Shown piece by piece: positions 1 to 10,450 of a DNA stretch of 39,719 nt. The notes under the pieces were generated by a model. The model was not told where the DNA came from, ran no database searches, and saw only the letters and a program-made list of their open reading frames with translations. Positions within the stretch are counted from its first letter, which is position 1, and each line of letters opens with the position of its first letter. This stretch comes from a virus, in IMG/VR virus record IMGVR_UViG_3300003350_000001, positions 1 through 39,719 of that record; one strand, written 5' to 3'. The position numbers and the translations under genes were made by a program.

Positions 1-443
1 GTCGTTGGCGTATAAGTTCCGCCGGTTTTAAAAACTTGGACATTGAGTAAACCTGTATTACCTCCACTCGCTGCAATCGTGATAGAACCTGTGCCGTTCG
101 TGATGGAAATACCACTCCCCGCCGTTAGGGTTGCAGCCGTTGGCGTCCCACTCGTGTTACCGATGATAAGTTGTCCATTGGTCATTGCTGCCCATGCGAC
201 AACGCCCGAAGAACTTGTAACAAGGCTTGCTGAATCGGTTGGGTTTAATGCAAGAAAGGTTGCAACGCCTGTTCCTAATCCCGATACGCCGGTACTAATA
301 GGCAAACCCGTACAGCTTGTCAATGTACCGCTCGAGGGGGTGCCAAGAGCGGGTGTAGTTAAACTGGCGGAAGTAGAACCTACAAATTCCGCTGTTCCGG
401 TTTGACTTGAAAGACTGGTATTGACTGCATTATTGGTTGCCAT
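1..443 (-). CDS. Partial copy (the 5' 443 nt, about 147 N-terminal codons) of the Gly-rich tail-fibre paralogue. It is cut by the window edge and duplicates 37103-37545.
   Basis: ATG at 443-441 preceded by GAGGATGAGAT. The sequence is identical to 37103-37545. Confidence 0.85.
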   Translation of the reverse strand, partial: MATNNAVNTSLSSQTGTAEFVGSTSASLTTPALGTPSSGTLTSCTGLPISTGVSGLGTGVATFLALNPTDSASLVTSSSGVVAWAAMTNGQLIIGNTSGTPTAATLTAGSGISITNGTGSITIAASGGNTGLLNVQVFKTGGTYTPT

Positions 444-456
444 ATCTCATCCTCTA

Positions 457-1173
457 CTAATTATAAGTAATATTACCTTGTGGGCCACCTAATACTGTCC
501 AGGTCGTATTCGCTACCACACACAAAAGTGTTAAAGAATCGTACTGATTAGTGGATGCCAAATAACCACCTGTACCTGTAGTTGTAACGGATGAACCGAT
601 ATGAATTAATTGCGATGCATTTTGAGCAATTTGCCATCCACCGGCACCCAAACCTTGCATCTGAATAATCGAACCTACCGCGGCCGTTGAAGGAAGCGTT
701 AAGGTTACAAGGCCAGCATTGTTGCTGATGTAGCCTGAGTTAACCGCCATTGCTTGTGTGGTTCCTGTAACGACTGTCCAGTTATTAGCAACATCGGTGG
801 TTGCAATCGTGATAGAACCTGTGCCGTTCGTGATGGAAATACCACTCCCCGCCGTTAATGTTGCAGCGGTTGGTGTCCCGCTCGTGTTACCGATGATAAG
901 TTGCCCATTGGTCATTGCTGCCCATGCGATAACACCGGAAGAATTCGTAACCAATGAGGCCGATGCTGTTGTATTGGCAGCAAGAAATGCTTCAATACCA
1001 GTTCCTAACCCAGAAACGCCGGTACTAATAGGCAATCCTGTGCAATTGGTAAGTGTGCCACTGGTTGGTGTTCCTAAAAGAGGCGTCACAAGCGTTGGAC
1101 TGGTAGATCCTACAAAATTTCCGGCGCCTGTTTGTCCGCTTAAGCTGGTATTAACTGAATTATTAGTTGCCAT
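457..1173 (-). CDS. Tail-fibre paralogue, 238 aa (shared N-terminal module plus beta-rich C-terminal domain)
   Basis: ATG with AAGGAG Shine-Dalgarno (SD). The first ~125 aa are near-identical to the 351-aa paralogue. The C-terminal domain is homologous to that of the 374-aa protein (W-x-VVTGTTQ ... GAGGW ... QGNIT). Confidence 0.75.
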   Translation of the reverse strand: MATNNSVNTSLSGQTGAGNFVGSTSPTLVTPLLGTPTSGTLTNCTGLPISTGVSGLGTGIEAFLAANTTASASLVTNSSGVIAWAAMTNGQLIIGNTSGTPTAATLTAGSGISITNGTGSITIATTDVANNWTVVTGTTQAMAVNSGYISNNAGLVTLTLPSTAAVGSIIQMQGLGAGGWQIAQNASQLIHIGSSVTTTGTGGYLASTNQYDSLTLLCVVANTTWTVLGGPQGNITYN

Positions 1174-1182
1174 GTTATCTCC

Positions 1183-2307
1183 TTATGTGACCGTAATATT
1201 CCCTTGAGGTGCAACGACCAGATGCCATTCGGTATTTAAAACCGTACACACCATATAAAGCGCATCGTTTTCATTCGTTGCTGCTAATGAACCGCCAGAA
1301 CTTGTGGTCTGCGATCCTAAAACAATGGTTTGTCCTACACCACATTGAATAAGCCAACCACCGGCACCTTTTCCAACCACGTTAATTTCATCTCCGACTG
1401 CGCTTGCAGCGGGTAACGATAATGTGACTAAACTTGCATTATTAGCAATATAGCCATTATTAGATGCCATCACTTGTGTGGTTCCTGTTACGACATTCCA
1501 GGTAAAAGCAGCCGTTCCTGTCGCTGCAATCGTAATACTTGCCGCACCATTGGTAATAGAAATATTGGTACCGGCTGTAATCGTTGCCGCCGTTGGCGTT
1601 GCTCCCGTAGATCCTATAATAATTTCACCGTTGGTCATGGAACTACTAAAGCCAGGAACGCCAGATGAGTTTGTGACTAAGGTTGCGCTTGCTGTTCCGG
1701 CAGCAATACCTGTGCTTAAAGGAAGTCCGGTACAATTGGTTAGAATACCGCTCGCAGGTGTTCCTAATAAAGGTGCTGTAAAAATAGGCGCATCAAACGT
1801 GGGAGAACTCGTGGTATCGATGTCTTGCGGAAGTGTTAGTGTGACGTCACCTGTTTCGGGCGTTCCGCTAGTACCATTTGCAAACACTTGATGCGCCGTT
1901 CCGATAATCGCCGTAGTTACACTTGCTGATGTAAAACTAAGTTGTCCTGAACCATTCGTATAAAGAAAAGTATTGGGTGCACCGTCAGAAGTTGGCCAGC
2001 GTAAATGATCAAATACCAATGCGCCGGATCCGATGGGTGTAATATCAATATCAATATTGGAATCACTACCGCCAGCCGTGATTAAAACGCCCGTTCCGGT
2101 GGATGAATTGGAAAAAAGCGGATAATTAACGGCTAATGCACCCACGGTCTCATAACGAAACAGATAATTGCCGCTACTATCTTTTATACCGGTTCCCGGA
2201 AAATCAAATTGAAAGTTTTCAGTGGGAGCACTCGGACGCAAACCGACGGGAATATCGCCAATTTGCATTTCACCGCCGACGGTAAATTGCGAAAATTTTA
2301 CTTCCAT
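1183..2307 (-). CDS. Tail-fibre protein, 374 aa, with a unique N-terminal (probable virion-anchor) domain followed by shared fibre modules
   Basis: AAGGAG SD. It contains [24 protein letters not shown] (shared with the 323-aa protein) and [16 protein letters not shown] plus ISITNG modules (shared with the 238- and 351-aa proteins). Confidence 0.75.
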   Translation of the reverse strand: MEVKFSQFTVGGEMQIGDIPVGLRPSAPTENFQFDFPGTGIKDSSGNYLFRYETVGALAVNYPLFSNSSTGTGVLITAGGSDSNIDIDITPIGSGALVFDHLRWPTSDGAPNTFLYTNGSGQLSFTSASVTTAIIGTAHQVFANGTSGTPETGDVTLTLPQDIDTTSSPTFDAPIFTAPLLGTPASGILTNCTGLPLSTGIAAGTASATLVTNSSGVPGFSSSMTNGEIIIGSTGATPTAATITAGTNISITNGAASITIAATGTAAFTWNVVTGTTQVMASNNGYIANNASLVTLSLPAASAVGDEINVVGKGAGGWLIQCGVGQTIVLGSQTTSSGGSLAATNENDALYMVCTVLNTEWHLVVAPQGNITVT

Positions 2308-2335
2308 CCTTGGACTCCTTTAAATGAGTTATCCC

Positions 2336-2689
2336 TTAATTAAGTGTTTCAATTGCATATAATGTCACACTGATATCGGTCGTTGCTGTTGCCGTAAAAA
2401 AATGTAATACATCACCTGCTTTGACTTCTCGGATTAATGTACCATTAATCAATTCACTGGTAGTTGCAGCAAACGTATCGCCAGCAGGAACAGCAGCCGT
2501 TTGATTTAATGCAACCCATACTTCGGCGGTATATTTTACTTTCATTAAGGCTTTAAATCGTGGTGCACTGCCAGGAATGGTTAAAGTAGTATCGGTCGTT
2601 GCAGCAAGCGTTGAACTGTAAAATAAATTACTGAAATTTAAACCAGTATCATCAATAGGTTGTTGTGCAATGTAATAAGGGGTTTTCAT
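2336..2689 (-). CDS. Hypothetical small beta-rich protein, 117 aa, in the tail module
   Basis: ATG with AAAGGA SD. It is tightly packed between the spike and fibre genes. I recognise no family. Confidence 0.6.
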   Translation of the reverse strand: MKTPYYIAQQPIDDTGLNFSNLFYSSTLAATTDTTLTIPGSAPRFKALMKVKYTAEVWVALNQTAAVPAGDTFAATTSELINGTLIREVKAGDVLHFFTATATTDISVTLYAIETLN

Positions 2690-2709
2690 AAATAATCCTT
2701 TATAAATAG

Positions 2710-4890
2710 TTAAACAATGCCAAGGCGTGCATCGGCAACATAATGAAGGCTTGCAAATACATATGCTGTTGAACTCGATACACGAGTGCCTGATGCAATT
2801 ACCGCAGTCGTACTAACAGGTTGAAGCGCAAAGCCGGTATTACCGCTATTTGATACAGTCCAATTACCAGAAACAGCCACATCACCCGTTGACATCGTAT
2901 GGTCTTGCCAATAAATAAGCGTAATATCAGCGCTCGTCCCAGCTGTTGAATAAAAAGAGGGCGTTACGGGCAAACGCTTTGTTACGCTATATCGAGCCGG
3001 AACATATAATGCTGATGCAAGAATAGTACCAGAACCTAATGCTGCTGATTGTGGCGCAATAACAGAACCGTCTGTGGATACAGCAGCAGGATAGACACCT
3101 GTATCGTAACTGGTTTCATAATAATACTGACATTCACGTCGAACTTCATCAAGACTTTGAGGTGCTGGACGTGTGGGAATATCGCTGGGCGTTACGGAAA
3201 TAGAATTAACGGTAAGGGTTGTCCCGGTATCGATATAAGCAAACGTTACAACAATTGCAAAATATTGTGTATCACTGATTTGTGTATTATCGATAATTTC
3301 CCATCCGGTAAATCCCATATCATTGGTAAAATTAGGAATGGAAGAATCAGCAGAGACATAGGGTAAAACCGCAGAAGGCGTGGGTAATCCACTTCTTGGA
3401 ATGATGGTCCATCCAGCAGCCGTTAATGTTAAGACACCACTGGTATCGACGGTTCCAATAGTCGTTGCAAGCGTTGGAATGGTAGAAGTAGAAGGCGCTC
3501 TACATAAATAAGTCTGCATGGTGACATTGCTAGAATTACTCGTCATATAACCAAATACATTGACGGAAAGTCGTGTACCCAACATTTTTTGTGCTTGTGC
3601 GCCCGATAAATATTGAAGGATATAAAAAGAATCATTTGTGCCAGCTGTGGTAAATCCTAAACCATTGGTTACGGCATCAGGAGCAAATGCAACATTTCCA
3701 CTAGAACCTGCAACGCCAATTGTTTGATCACAAATATAAGCAGCGGTTGTCGTAAGATTTCCAGAAGCTGCGAATTGAAAAGGATTTAAAGGAAAATCCC
3801 ATGCTGTTAAAAAACTCGGAACCGGCCGTGTATTTAAACGCGGGATATAATAATCTCCCATGAGCGCCTGTTCGCGATTAGAAGAATTGAGCTCATAAGG
3901 AATTAAATCTGCCCCTTCTTCATTTAAGGTGGGCACGACTTGAATGCTACTAATTCTAATATGTGACGATGGTAAAAAAGATATATAAATATCAATGTAT
4001 GCCGAAAATCCCTCATCTGTATTCGTAGAAATAGGAATAGGATCCGTGGTTGCCCCTATGAGTGCCTGATAGCCTGAATTATCAAAGGAAGCATCCATAA
4101 TCGAAATAGGTGGACCCCCCGTCGATTCTTGATAAAACATTTGAATGCCAGTCGTGCCAGAGTTTTCATTAATCGCAATTAATGCGCCTGAGAGAAAGAT
4201 AGATTGTGTTGCGGTACTCGCCCAGAGCCCTGAATTGTTATAAAACCGTTGTCTCAAATAACAAGCTGTGATGCCGGAAGAAAGGTTGACATCTAAGACA
4301 TAGGGAGGACTCGTGACAATCTGTGCATTTCCTTCAATCGGTATTTGTTGAACTATCACGGTTCCTGTACCGCTTATGACAAAATCCCAATTTGGCGCAA
4401 ATTCAAAGTCCTGGTTAGTAGCAGAACTTACGGTATAAGTAGTTGTCTGATTTTGATTAATGAAAACTTGTGTAAATTGTGAATTTGATATCTGATTTTG
4501 AATTGAAAAATCATTTTGTGTGGGTGATGTACTTGACGTTAAATTAGGCCATGCTTCGCGGGTAAATTGGACAACACCATTACTATCCTCACAGACCACA
4601 TAATAAAGGTCTAAATTCCCCTCATCATCATAAGGATAATAATAGATGACGATATTATCACCTCCATTATCCATGGGTGTGCCAACTGAGCTCAATACCA
4701 CGGGATTTGGAAGTGCTACATACGAATAATCAGGCGGAGCGCCCGTTAGTTCATAGACCGTTTTAGGCGTATTTCGGGCGACATCTCGATAAAAACTTAA
4801 AGTACCTCCTGCTAAAGGAAGTCCACTATCCTTATCAACAAAATAGCCTTCTAAGTCAGAGGTTACAAAATAGAGTGGGTTTAGTCCCAT
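2710..4890 (-). CDS. Tail spike/fibre-like large structural protein, 726 aa
   Basis: Long ORF with SD (AAAGGA), S/T/N-rich and beta-rich composition, placed after the internal virion proteins and before the fibre cassette. Confidence 0.6.
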   Translation of the reverse strand: MGLNPLYFVTSDLEGYFVDKDSGLPLAGGTLSFYRDVARNTPKTVYELTGAPPDYSYVALPNPVVLSSVGTPMDNGGDNIVIYYYPYDDEGNLDLYYVVCEDSNGVVQFTREAWPNLTSSTSPTQNDFSIQNQISNSQFTQVFINQNQTTTYTVSSATNQDFEFAPNWDFVISGTGTVIVQQIPIEGNAQIVTSPPYVLDVNLSSGITACYLRQRFYNNSGLWASTATQSIFLSGALIAINENSGTTGIQMFYQESTGGPPISIMDASFDNSGYQALIGATTDPIPISTNTDEGFSAYIDIYISFLPSSHIRISSIQVVPTLNEEGADLIPYELNSSNREQALMGDYYIPRLNTRPVPSFLTAWDFPLNPFQFAASGNLTTTAAYICDQTIGVAGSSGNVAFAPDAVTNGLGFTTAGTNDSFYILQYLSGAQAQKMLGTRLSVNVFGYMTSNSSNVTMQTYLCRAPSTSTIPTLATTIGTVDTSGVLTLTAAGWTIIPRSGLPTPSAVLPYVSADSSIPNFTNDMGFTGWEIIDNTQISDTQYFAIVVTFAYIDTGTTLTVNSISVTPSDIPTRPAPQSLDEVRRECQYYYETSYDTGVYPAAVSTDGSVIAPQSAALGSGTILASALYVPARYSVTKRLPVTPSFYSTAGTSADITLIYWQDHTMSTGDVAVSGNWTVSNSGNTGFALQPVSTTAVIASGTRVSSSTAYVFASLHYVADARLGIV

Positions 4891-4991
4891 GGTTCAATCC
4901 TTTGATAAATAATGTATAATCAGCCTATGATTTACGCTTTAATACTACTCGCGGTTGTTATATTTTTAATTAACGCCCACGAAAATATATA

Positions 4992-6794
4992 TTAAGTAAT
5001 TGCTTGTGCACCTACTTTTCCAAGTAAATTATGAAAGGCCGCTAGCAATTTGTCTTTCTTTGTTACTTCTTTTAATTTATTCAATTCTTTGGCCCAATAC
5101 GGATTAGTAATTAATTCAACAGCTGATTTATCATATTTGCCGCCAGACAATAATTCTTGTAAATAACGCATGGCCGTTTGCGTACTACTCCGAGATTCTG
5201 ACATACTTCCGCGCGCCAATGCCTCTGCCGTTTTGGCAGTCGGAATATTAATTAATCGCCCGAATATTAATTTCATATCCTCTAATTGTTGTTGCGCATT
5301 TTTCATACTTTCAATTTGTTCGGGGGTACTTGCTCTTTCTTCCAAACGTTTGAATCTATTTTGAAGATCAGCATAGTCTTTTTTATTTGATAAAAGCGTT
5401 TTAAAAAGATTCGTTCCGGTTTCATCTTTTTTATTAAATAATTTTTCAATCTCTTTACGAACGATGCCACGTTCTGCTAATTGGCGCGCTTCTTTATATT
5501 CAGGCGAAATAGTATCTAATCTTTCGAGTAAATTATTTTTTGTGTCTTTTATAATATCGGCTTCGCCCGTATCAACATTTCTCGCTTTCTTAATCATACC
5601 GTCCATCGCACGTTTTATTTGATTCATATATTCGATACTATTTTCAGGAACTCCTTTTAATTTTTCTTTATACGCTGATTTGCTCTCTACTATTTTTGAT
5701 GCTCTTTTGAATATTTCATTTTCTTTTAATTCATTAAGCTCTTTTTGTGGAATTTCTACAGGCTTTGACTTTTCATAAAGTGCGCTTTTCCGTTCTTCTA
5801 ATTTTTTCGGAAAAATATTGCCAAATAAATTTTCAATGGATTTTTCTTCACTTTCTGCACGTTCTTTTCCTTTTTCATAAAGTAGTCGCGCACCCTTTTC
5901 AGTTTTACCTAATGTTCCTTGTACACTACCCGTAAATGGATTTGTGGATGCTTCAGCGGGTGTAATATAGGTCAAACCTAAACGATTGGTTGCATCTACT
6001 GCTTCTTGATAAGGCGTACCTTCTACACCTTTTAATATATTTTCTCTTACTCTTCTTTGCGTATTTATTCCTTTTGCGCCTAAACTTCCTAATAATACAG
6101 CCGATAAATCCGCAACGGGTTCCGGTGCCCCTATTCCTTTCGCACCATAATAACCAAGTCCGCCTGCGCCTAATGCACTTAATACACGTGAGAAATTACG
6201 AATCGCTGGACTTCCGGATTTGATGCCTTGTGATACGGCAGAAAATGGACCCGCAATAGCAGCACCTTCCAGTGCCGTTCTTCCTGGGCTTTCAGGTGAT
6301 TGACTACCCGCAAGAAGACCTTGAGGAATGGCATTCGCTAACGCTTTACTCAAATATTTGCCGCCGCGCATTGCACTGAATGCTTCTTCTAATATAGGAA
6401 TTTCTGGTGCAAGCACAGCAGGCGCCATAGTTCCCGCAAATTGCGCGATTCTATCGGCTGTATTTTGTTGGCCTTGAGGGACGCCTAGCATTTCTGAAAA
6501 GTCAGAAGGTTCTTGTTTGGGAGCAGCATGTGGTAATCTTTTTTGTATTGCATCCGGTAATGCGCTTCCTAATTTTTCACCTAGAGCAGATGCAAGATTA
6601 TTAACAGAAGCAGAACCACGTGAACCAAAATTTAAAAGTCCGATTAATGGATCTTGAACAGCATAACGAAAAGCTTCTTCGGTTTTACTTGAAGGCGGAA
6701 ATTGTTTTTGCAAAACAGCTTCAATTTCAGCATTTGACATATCATCGGGAAAATTACCTATTTTTCCATTAGGAAGATTTATTTTTCTCGTCAT
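4992..6794 (-). CDS. Internal virion / ejection-type protein, 600 aa (function assigned from synteny)
   Basis: Gly/Ala-rich N-terminal half and Lys/Glu coiled-coil C-terminal half. TAATG overlap with the upstream gene. This is the typical podovirus position. Confidence 0.5.
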   Translation of the reverse strand: MTRKINLPNGKIGNFPDDMSNAEIEAVLQKQFPPSSKTEEAFRYAVQDPLIGLLNFGSRGSASVNNLASALGEKLGSALPDAIQKRLPHAAPKQEPSDFSEMLGVPQGQQNTADRIAQFAGTMAPAVLAPEIPILEEAFSAMRGGKYLSKALANAIPQGLLAGSQSPESPGRTALEGAAIAGPFSAVSQGIKSGSPAIRNFSRVLSALGAGGLGYYGAKGIGAPEPVADLSAVLLGSLGAKGINTQRRVRENILKGVEGTPYQEAVDATNRLGLTYITPAEASTNPFTGSVQGTLGKTEKGARLLYEKGKERAESEEKSIENLFGNIFPKKLEERKSALYEKSKPVEIPQKELNELKENEIFKRASKIVESKSAYKEKLKGVPENSIEYMNQIKRAMDGMIKKARNVDTGEADIIKDTKNNLLERLDTISPEYKEARQLAERGIVRKEIEKLFNKKDETGTNLFKTLLSNKKDYADLQNRFKRLEERASTPEQIESMKNAQQQLEDMKLIFGRLINIPTAKTAEALARGSMSESRSSTQTAMRYLQELLSGGKYDKSAVELITNPYWAKELNKLKEVTKKDKLLAAFHNLLGKVGAQAIT

Positions 6795-7882
6795 TACTCG
6801 AGTCTCCCTGTTTTTCGATTAAAGTGCATTTCTCCGCTTGTAGATGTTTCTGTTGGTTTACTTGTCGTCGATGTGTCAGGTGGTATCGAAGCAGTCGATG
6901 CCCCTATACGTATTGATCGTTTTGCCTCTAATGTTTTATCTAATGCTTCTAATGTATATCTAAGAGTTTCTTGGCGCGCCACGTTCGACATGAAAGGCCA
7001 ATTCGTTTTAATCTTAGTTTCCATATCTCCTAATATTTCACGTGTAATACTTGCAGTAGGCCTGCCACTATTGATGATGTTTTGATTTGTTGCCAAATCG
7101 GTTTGTAATTGTTGTGCAGCCGCCAATCGTCCTAATTTAATTTGATCGTCTTTCTTATTTGAAAAAGTAGCTGCAATTTGTGCCGGACTATGGCCAGCAA
7201 TCGTATCTCCATAAGGCGCAAGCGCATCTCCCACATACTTCGTTAAAACAGACATTTCTTTTTCTGCTTGCATGCCTCGTATAACATTTGAAATAACATC
7301 AGCAGTGGATCCAGCTTTAGTCATTCTGTCTAATGAAGATAGCATAAGGGGATTTATATTTATCTTTGTACCATCTGGCAATGTTGTTTTACCTTCCATA
7401 ACAGCATTTGCAGCCTCGAATGCTTGATCAGGCGTAAATGTAGGATTACTTTGTCCTGTTAACCGTTGAAAAAGAAATTGTTCTTTTCCGCCTGTTCCCA
7501 GGCCAGTTATTCCCAAATCTCTTTGCTTTGTTAGCGCCGATCGTTCATCTACAAGTGATTGAGAAAGTTTAGGATACCACGCATTTTCAAGCGCCGCTTT
7601 TTGCGCTTCAAATGGCGTCATCGTATTAATTTTATTGGTACTCGCTCGTTGAAAGGCGCGCTCTGCCTCTCTACTTAACTGTTCAGATTTAAACTTTTCA
7701 GGTTGTTCTTCTACTAAATATTGTTGAAGTGCATTAGCAAGTTGTTCTTTTTCCTTTTGTCTTGCTAATTGTGCTGGCAATTGGCCCGCTTTATAGCCGG
7801 TCGATAAGTTATCAACTAAGTCTTTAAAAAAAGGATTTCCTTGTGGTTCTATTTTAGAAAAATCAATCGGTTGAAATGGCAT
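6794..7882 (-). CDS. Internal virion-type protein, 362 aa (function assigned from synteny)
   Basis: AAGGAA SD, helical low-complexity composition, translationally coupled to the next gene. Confidence 0.45.
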   Translation of the reverse strand: MPFQPIDFSKIEPQGNPFFKDLVDNLSTGYKAGQLPAQLARQKEKEQLANALQQYLVEEQPEKFKSEQLSREAERAFQRASTNKINTMTPFEAQKAALENAWYPKLSQSLVDERSALTKQRDLGITGLGTGGKEQFLFQRLTGQSNPTFTPDQAFEAANAVMEGKTTLPDGTKININPLMLSSLDRMTKAGSTADVISNVIRGMQAEKEMSVLTKYVGDALAPYGDTIAGHSPAQIAATFSNKKDDQIKLGRLAAAQQLQTDLATNQNIINSGRPTASITREILGDMETKIKTNWPFMSNVARQETLRYTLEALDKTLEAKRSIRIGASTASIPPDTSTTSKPTETSTSGEMHFNRKTGRLE

Positions 7883-7891
7883 AATGATTCC

Positions 7892-8527
7892 TTAAATAAA
7901 CCGGCTGAAAAGATTGCCGCCGACCGTTCCTGCATCTTTACCGGGTAAATCTAACCCAAAGATGCCACCTAATGCTTTTGTAAGACCCGACAAGAGATCG
8001 CTTCTACTTTTATTTTGATTTTCTTGGCCTTGAAAGGCAAGTCCTGCTTGCGTTCCTAATACATTGGATAAATCACTGGATAATCCTTGTGTTGCATTAA
8101 ATCCGGTATCAAATGTATGTTGCAATCCTTGCTGTCCTTTTTCTTGAATTCCCAGTACGGTTTTTAACCACTCCTGCATATCAGCTCCTAATAAGCTATC
8201 GGTAAGCCGTGTTTGATTGGTGATGTCATTAATGCTTCCGCGCATGCCACCTGCCGCTGCACTATTTCCCGCCGCTCTTTGCGTTTCATCACGTGCTAAT
8301 TGATAGGCACGTGAAGGTTGATATTTTTTTAATATACCTTCAAGAAAATCAGCAGGATGTTGTGTTTGTTCAGTAAAAGAGGGATTTAAATTGCCGTATG
8401 CTTCATTTCCTTTTTGGATATAAGGATCGTAATAACCCTTTTCCATGCCTGGAATTTGATTCAAATAAGGCATCGCCGCATCTGCAGGATTTTTACCACC
8501 ACTAAAAAAATCAGATAACCAACTCAT
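7892..8527 (-). CDS. Internal virion-type protein, 211 aa (function assigned from synteny)
   Basis: AAGGAG SD, Gly/Gln/Asn-rich. Confidence 0.45.
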   Translation of the reverse strand: MSWLSDFFSGGKNPADAAMPYLNQIPGMEKGYYDPYIQKGNEAYGNLNPSFTEQTQHPADFLEGILKKYQPSRAYQLARDETQRAAGNSAAAGGMRGSINDITNQTRLTDSLLGADMQEWLKTVLGIQEKGQQGLQHTFDTGFNATQGLSSDLSNVLGTQAGLAFQGQENQNKSRSDLLSGLTKALGGIFGLDLPGKDAGTVGGNLFSRFI

Positions 8528-8536
8528 AACATCTCC

Positions 8537-8860
8537 TTATGTACTAGTGATGGTTTCAACAACGCCAGTGGCTGTCAAAACCTGTAATTTTGCAATATCG
8601 GTATTAAACCAGACAGTACCGAGTGCTGCCGTTGCAGCGATCGCTGTAATTTGTGCAGTCGTATATTGTGGAAATTGTATGCCATTATTAGTAATTAAAC
8701 CATTGTCTATAGTGCTATTAACAATCGTATTTAATAAGATGATTGCAATATTTAATGCTTGAAATGTTTGATCATGAAAAAGATATGCATCGGAGGTTAA
8801 GTGTCCATCTTTTTCGGTAAAATCCATATCATAAAAAACCGGTAACATCTGAATCGTCAT
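8537..8860 (-). CDS. Hypothetical structural-module protein, 107 aa (start moved to an internal ATG)
   Basis: ATG 8860-8858 forms an ATGA overlap with the stop of the upstream 527-aa gene and has GGAG 9 nt upstream. The longer 131-aa ORF would overlap that gene by 76 nt. Confidence 0.55.
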   Translation of the reverse strand: MTIQMLPVFYDMDFTEKDGHLTSDAYLFHDQTFQALNIAIILLNTIVNSTIDNGLITNNGIQFPQYTTAQITAIAATAALGTVWFNTDIAKLQVLTATGVVETITST

Positions 8861-10440
8861 ATAGTTATCTCCAATACGCCATCTTTTACGACAAATCGTT
8901 GAAAACCCCAAAAACGTAACTGAATTGCACATTCATTTGCCTGACCGATTCGATGCCATCGTATTTGATTTCGATAATTGCCCTGTGAATTTAAAACTCT
9001 TCCGACGACATTACTAAATGACTCATTTCCATTTTTAGAAAAGGACAGATCTACACGGGGAATATCAAAAATCGATGTGCAATAACCACTTTCCGTCAAA
9101 ATTTGATAGCCCATTTCTGTAATAATCGGAAATTGACCCGTTTCAGTAATTAAGGTTCCAAAACATTCGGGTTCCGTGTATGGCATCAAATAGTAATTAT
9201 TGACGCCTTGTTCAATCCAAAAGGTAAAACGATTGATGCGAAATCGTGATGAATCTTCGCGACGGATAGATTTACAAATGCGTATTCTGGGAATGACATC
9301 ACCCATGGTATTGGGATCAAGACTGTAATTATAGGTAATAAAGTCGGTACCCAATTGATAAAGATTGGCATCATTTAATGAGATAAAGTAACTTGCGCCA
9401 TTAAAAAATACCACTTGTCGTGCTGGATGAAAATTTAAATCTTGATCGGATGCATGGTAAAAACGGTCGTTATTGAAATCATAAAATAATGTGAGATTGT
9501 CATTCGGATTAAAAAATGTTACTTGATAAAACAAATGGCCATCTTGTCGAAATAAAAAAGCCGTTGATTGATCAGGACGTGTAATGCTTTCTAACAAATT
9601 ATCGATACCGTCGGTTGAAATACGTTTAACCGAAGTGCCATTCATTACCATCATAGTTGCTGAATTATTCTCATTTTGTGATAACCAGCAGATAAATTCA
9701 TCATTAGCGGCAATCGTTGAAATGGAGATGCACCCATTATCAATATTAAATGATTGCACACGCCGATAGTTTTCAAGATCCCCTATTTGTGTCCACATCT
9801 CACAAACAGTCGTTCCCATAACCAATACGTTATTTCCTTTTCCAGGAACACGCTTTACAGCAATCGCACTATCGGGTTTAGTCTGAAGACTAAATTGTGT
9901 ATTTAGTTGAATAGTTGTAGCGGTATCAAATTCAAAGGCATACCAATTTTGTGAATTGTCACTGACGGTAGAAGAAGCAATTAAGAAAAAGGTATTGTGA
10001 TAACACACATAACTCGGAATGATGGGATTGCCTAAAAACATCAAGGTTTGTTCCGTCAATGTATTATTCGTGTAGTTATAGATATAGGCATTTTGACCAT
10101 CGACTAAACAAATCTGACTCGATAAGTTTTCATCAATAAAGACCTCACCGGTACTTGTATTTAACGTACCTACAAATTGGGGTGATAAATTCGCTGCTAA
10201 TTTATAAACCGTACTGGATATCACGGCGATTAAAAATTGACCTCTTACGGAATGATAAAGCGCGCGTCCTTCCCCACTTGGCAAAATCTCGGCAACATTT
10301 TGAAAACCTGGATAGTTCACCATCCAATCATCGGAGATAAACATATTGTAGGTTTTTTCTAATGAAATCTTTGGATAACGCCCAAAGGTCGAACTTCCGA
10401 CAACATTAACCGGTACTTGTGTCTGTTCACCCGATTGCAT
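8857..10440 (-). CDS. Large tail tube/nozzle-position protein, 527 aa (function assigned from synteny)
   Basis: ATG 10440 is preceded by AAGGAAGGA. The alternative upstream ATG at 10473 overlaps the previous gene. Its position after the adaptor-like gene resembles gp12 or stabilisation proteins. Confidence 0.5.
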   Translation of the reverse strand: MQSGEQTQVPVNVVGSSTFGRYPKISLEKTYNMFISDDWMVNYPGFQNVAEILPSGEGRALYHSVRGQFLIAVISSTVYKLAANLSPQFVGTLNTSTGEVFIDENLSSQICLVDGQNAYIYNYTNNTLTEQTLMFLGNPIIPSYVCYHNTFFLIASSTVSDNSQNWYAFEFDTATTIQLNTQFSLQTKPDSAIAVKRVPGKGNNVLVMGTTVCEMWTQIGDLENYRRVQSFNIDNGCISISTIAANDEFICWLSQNENNSATMMVMNGTSVKRISTDGIDNLLESITRPDQSTAFLFRQDGHLFYQVTFFNPNDNLTLFYDFNNDRFYHASDQDLNFHPARQVVFFNGASYFISLNDANLYQLGTDFITYNYSLDPNTMGDVIPRIRICKSIRREDSSRFRINRFTFWIEQGVNNYYLMPYTEPECFGTLITETGQFPIITEMGYQILTESGYCTSIFDIPRVDLSFSKNGNESFSNVVGRVLNSQGNYRNQIRWHRIGQANECAIQLRFWGFQRFVVKDGVLEITI

Positions 10441-10450
10441 GATTCCTTCC

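Larger units (their letters stand above)
1..2617. repeat. Window-terminal duplicate of 37103-39719 (offset 37102). The 37,102-bp unit is circular or terminally redundant and has been read past its origin.
   Basis: The first bases (gtcgttggcgtataagttcc...) recur at 37103. Every ORF in 1-2689 has an identical protein copy at +37102. Confidence 0.95.

Noticed and set aside
43-1891. Long plus-strand ORFs antisense to the fibre genes (43-405, 758-1207, 1474-1668, 1478-1891, and their copies at 37145-38993, plus 35785-36135 and 36752-36946)
   Set aside because: They lie entirely inside well-supported minus-strand fibre genes that have SD sequences. Several start with non-ATG codons and lack ribosome-binding sites. 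They resemble one another only because the sense genes are paralogous. They stay open because of the biased G/T/A/S codon composition.
1-2689. A second set of fibre genes taken as a genuine duplication
   Set aside because: The identity with 37103-39719 is exact and the window edges cut genes. A wrap-around of one circular or permuted unit is the simpler reading.
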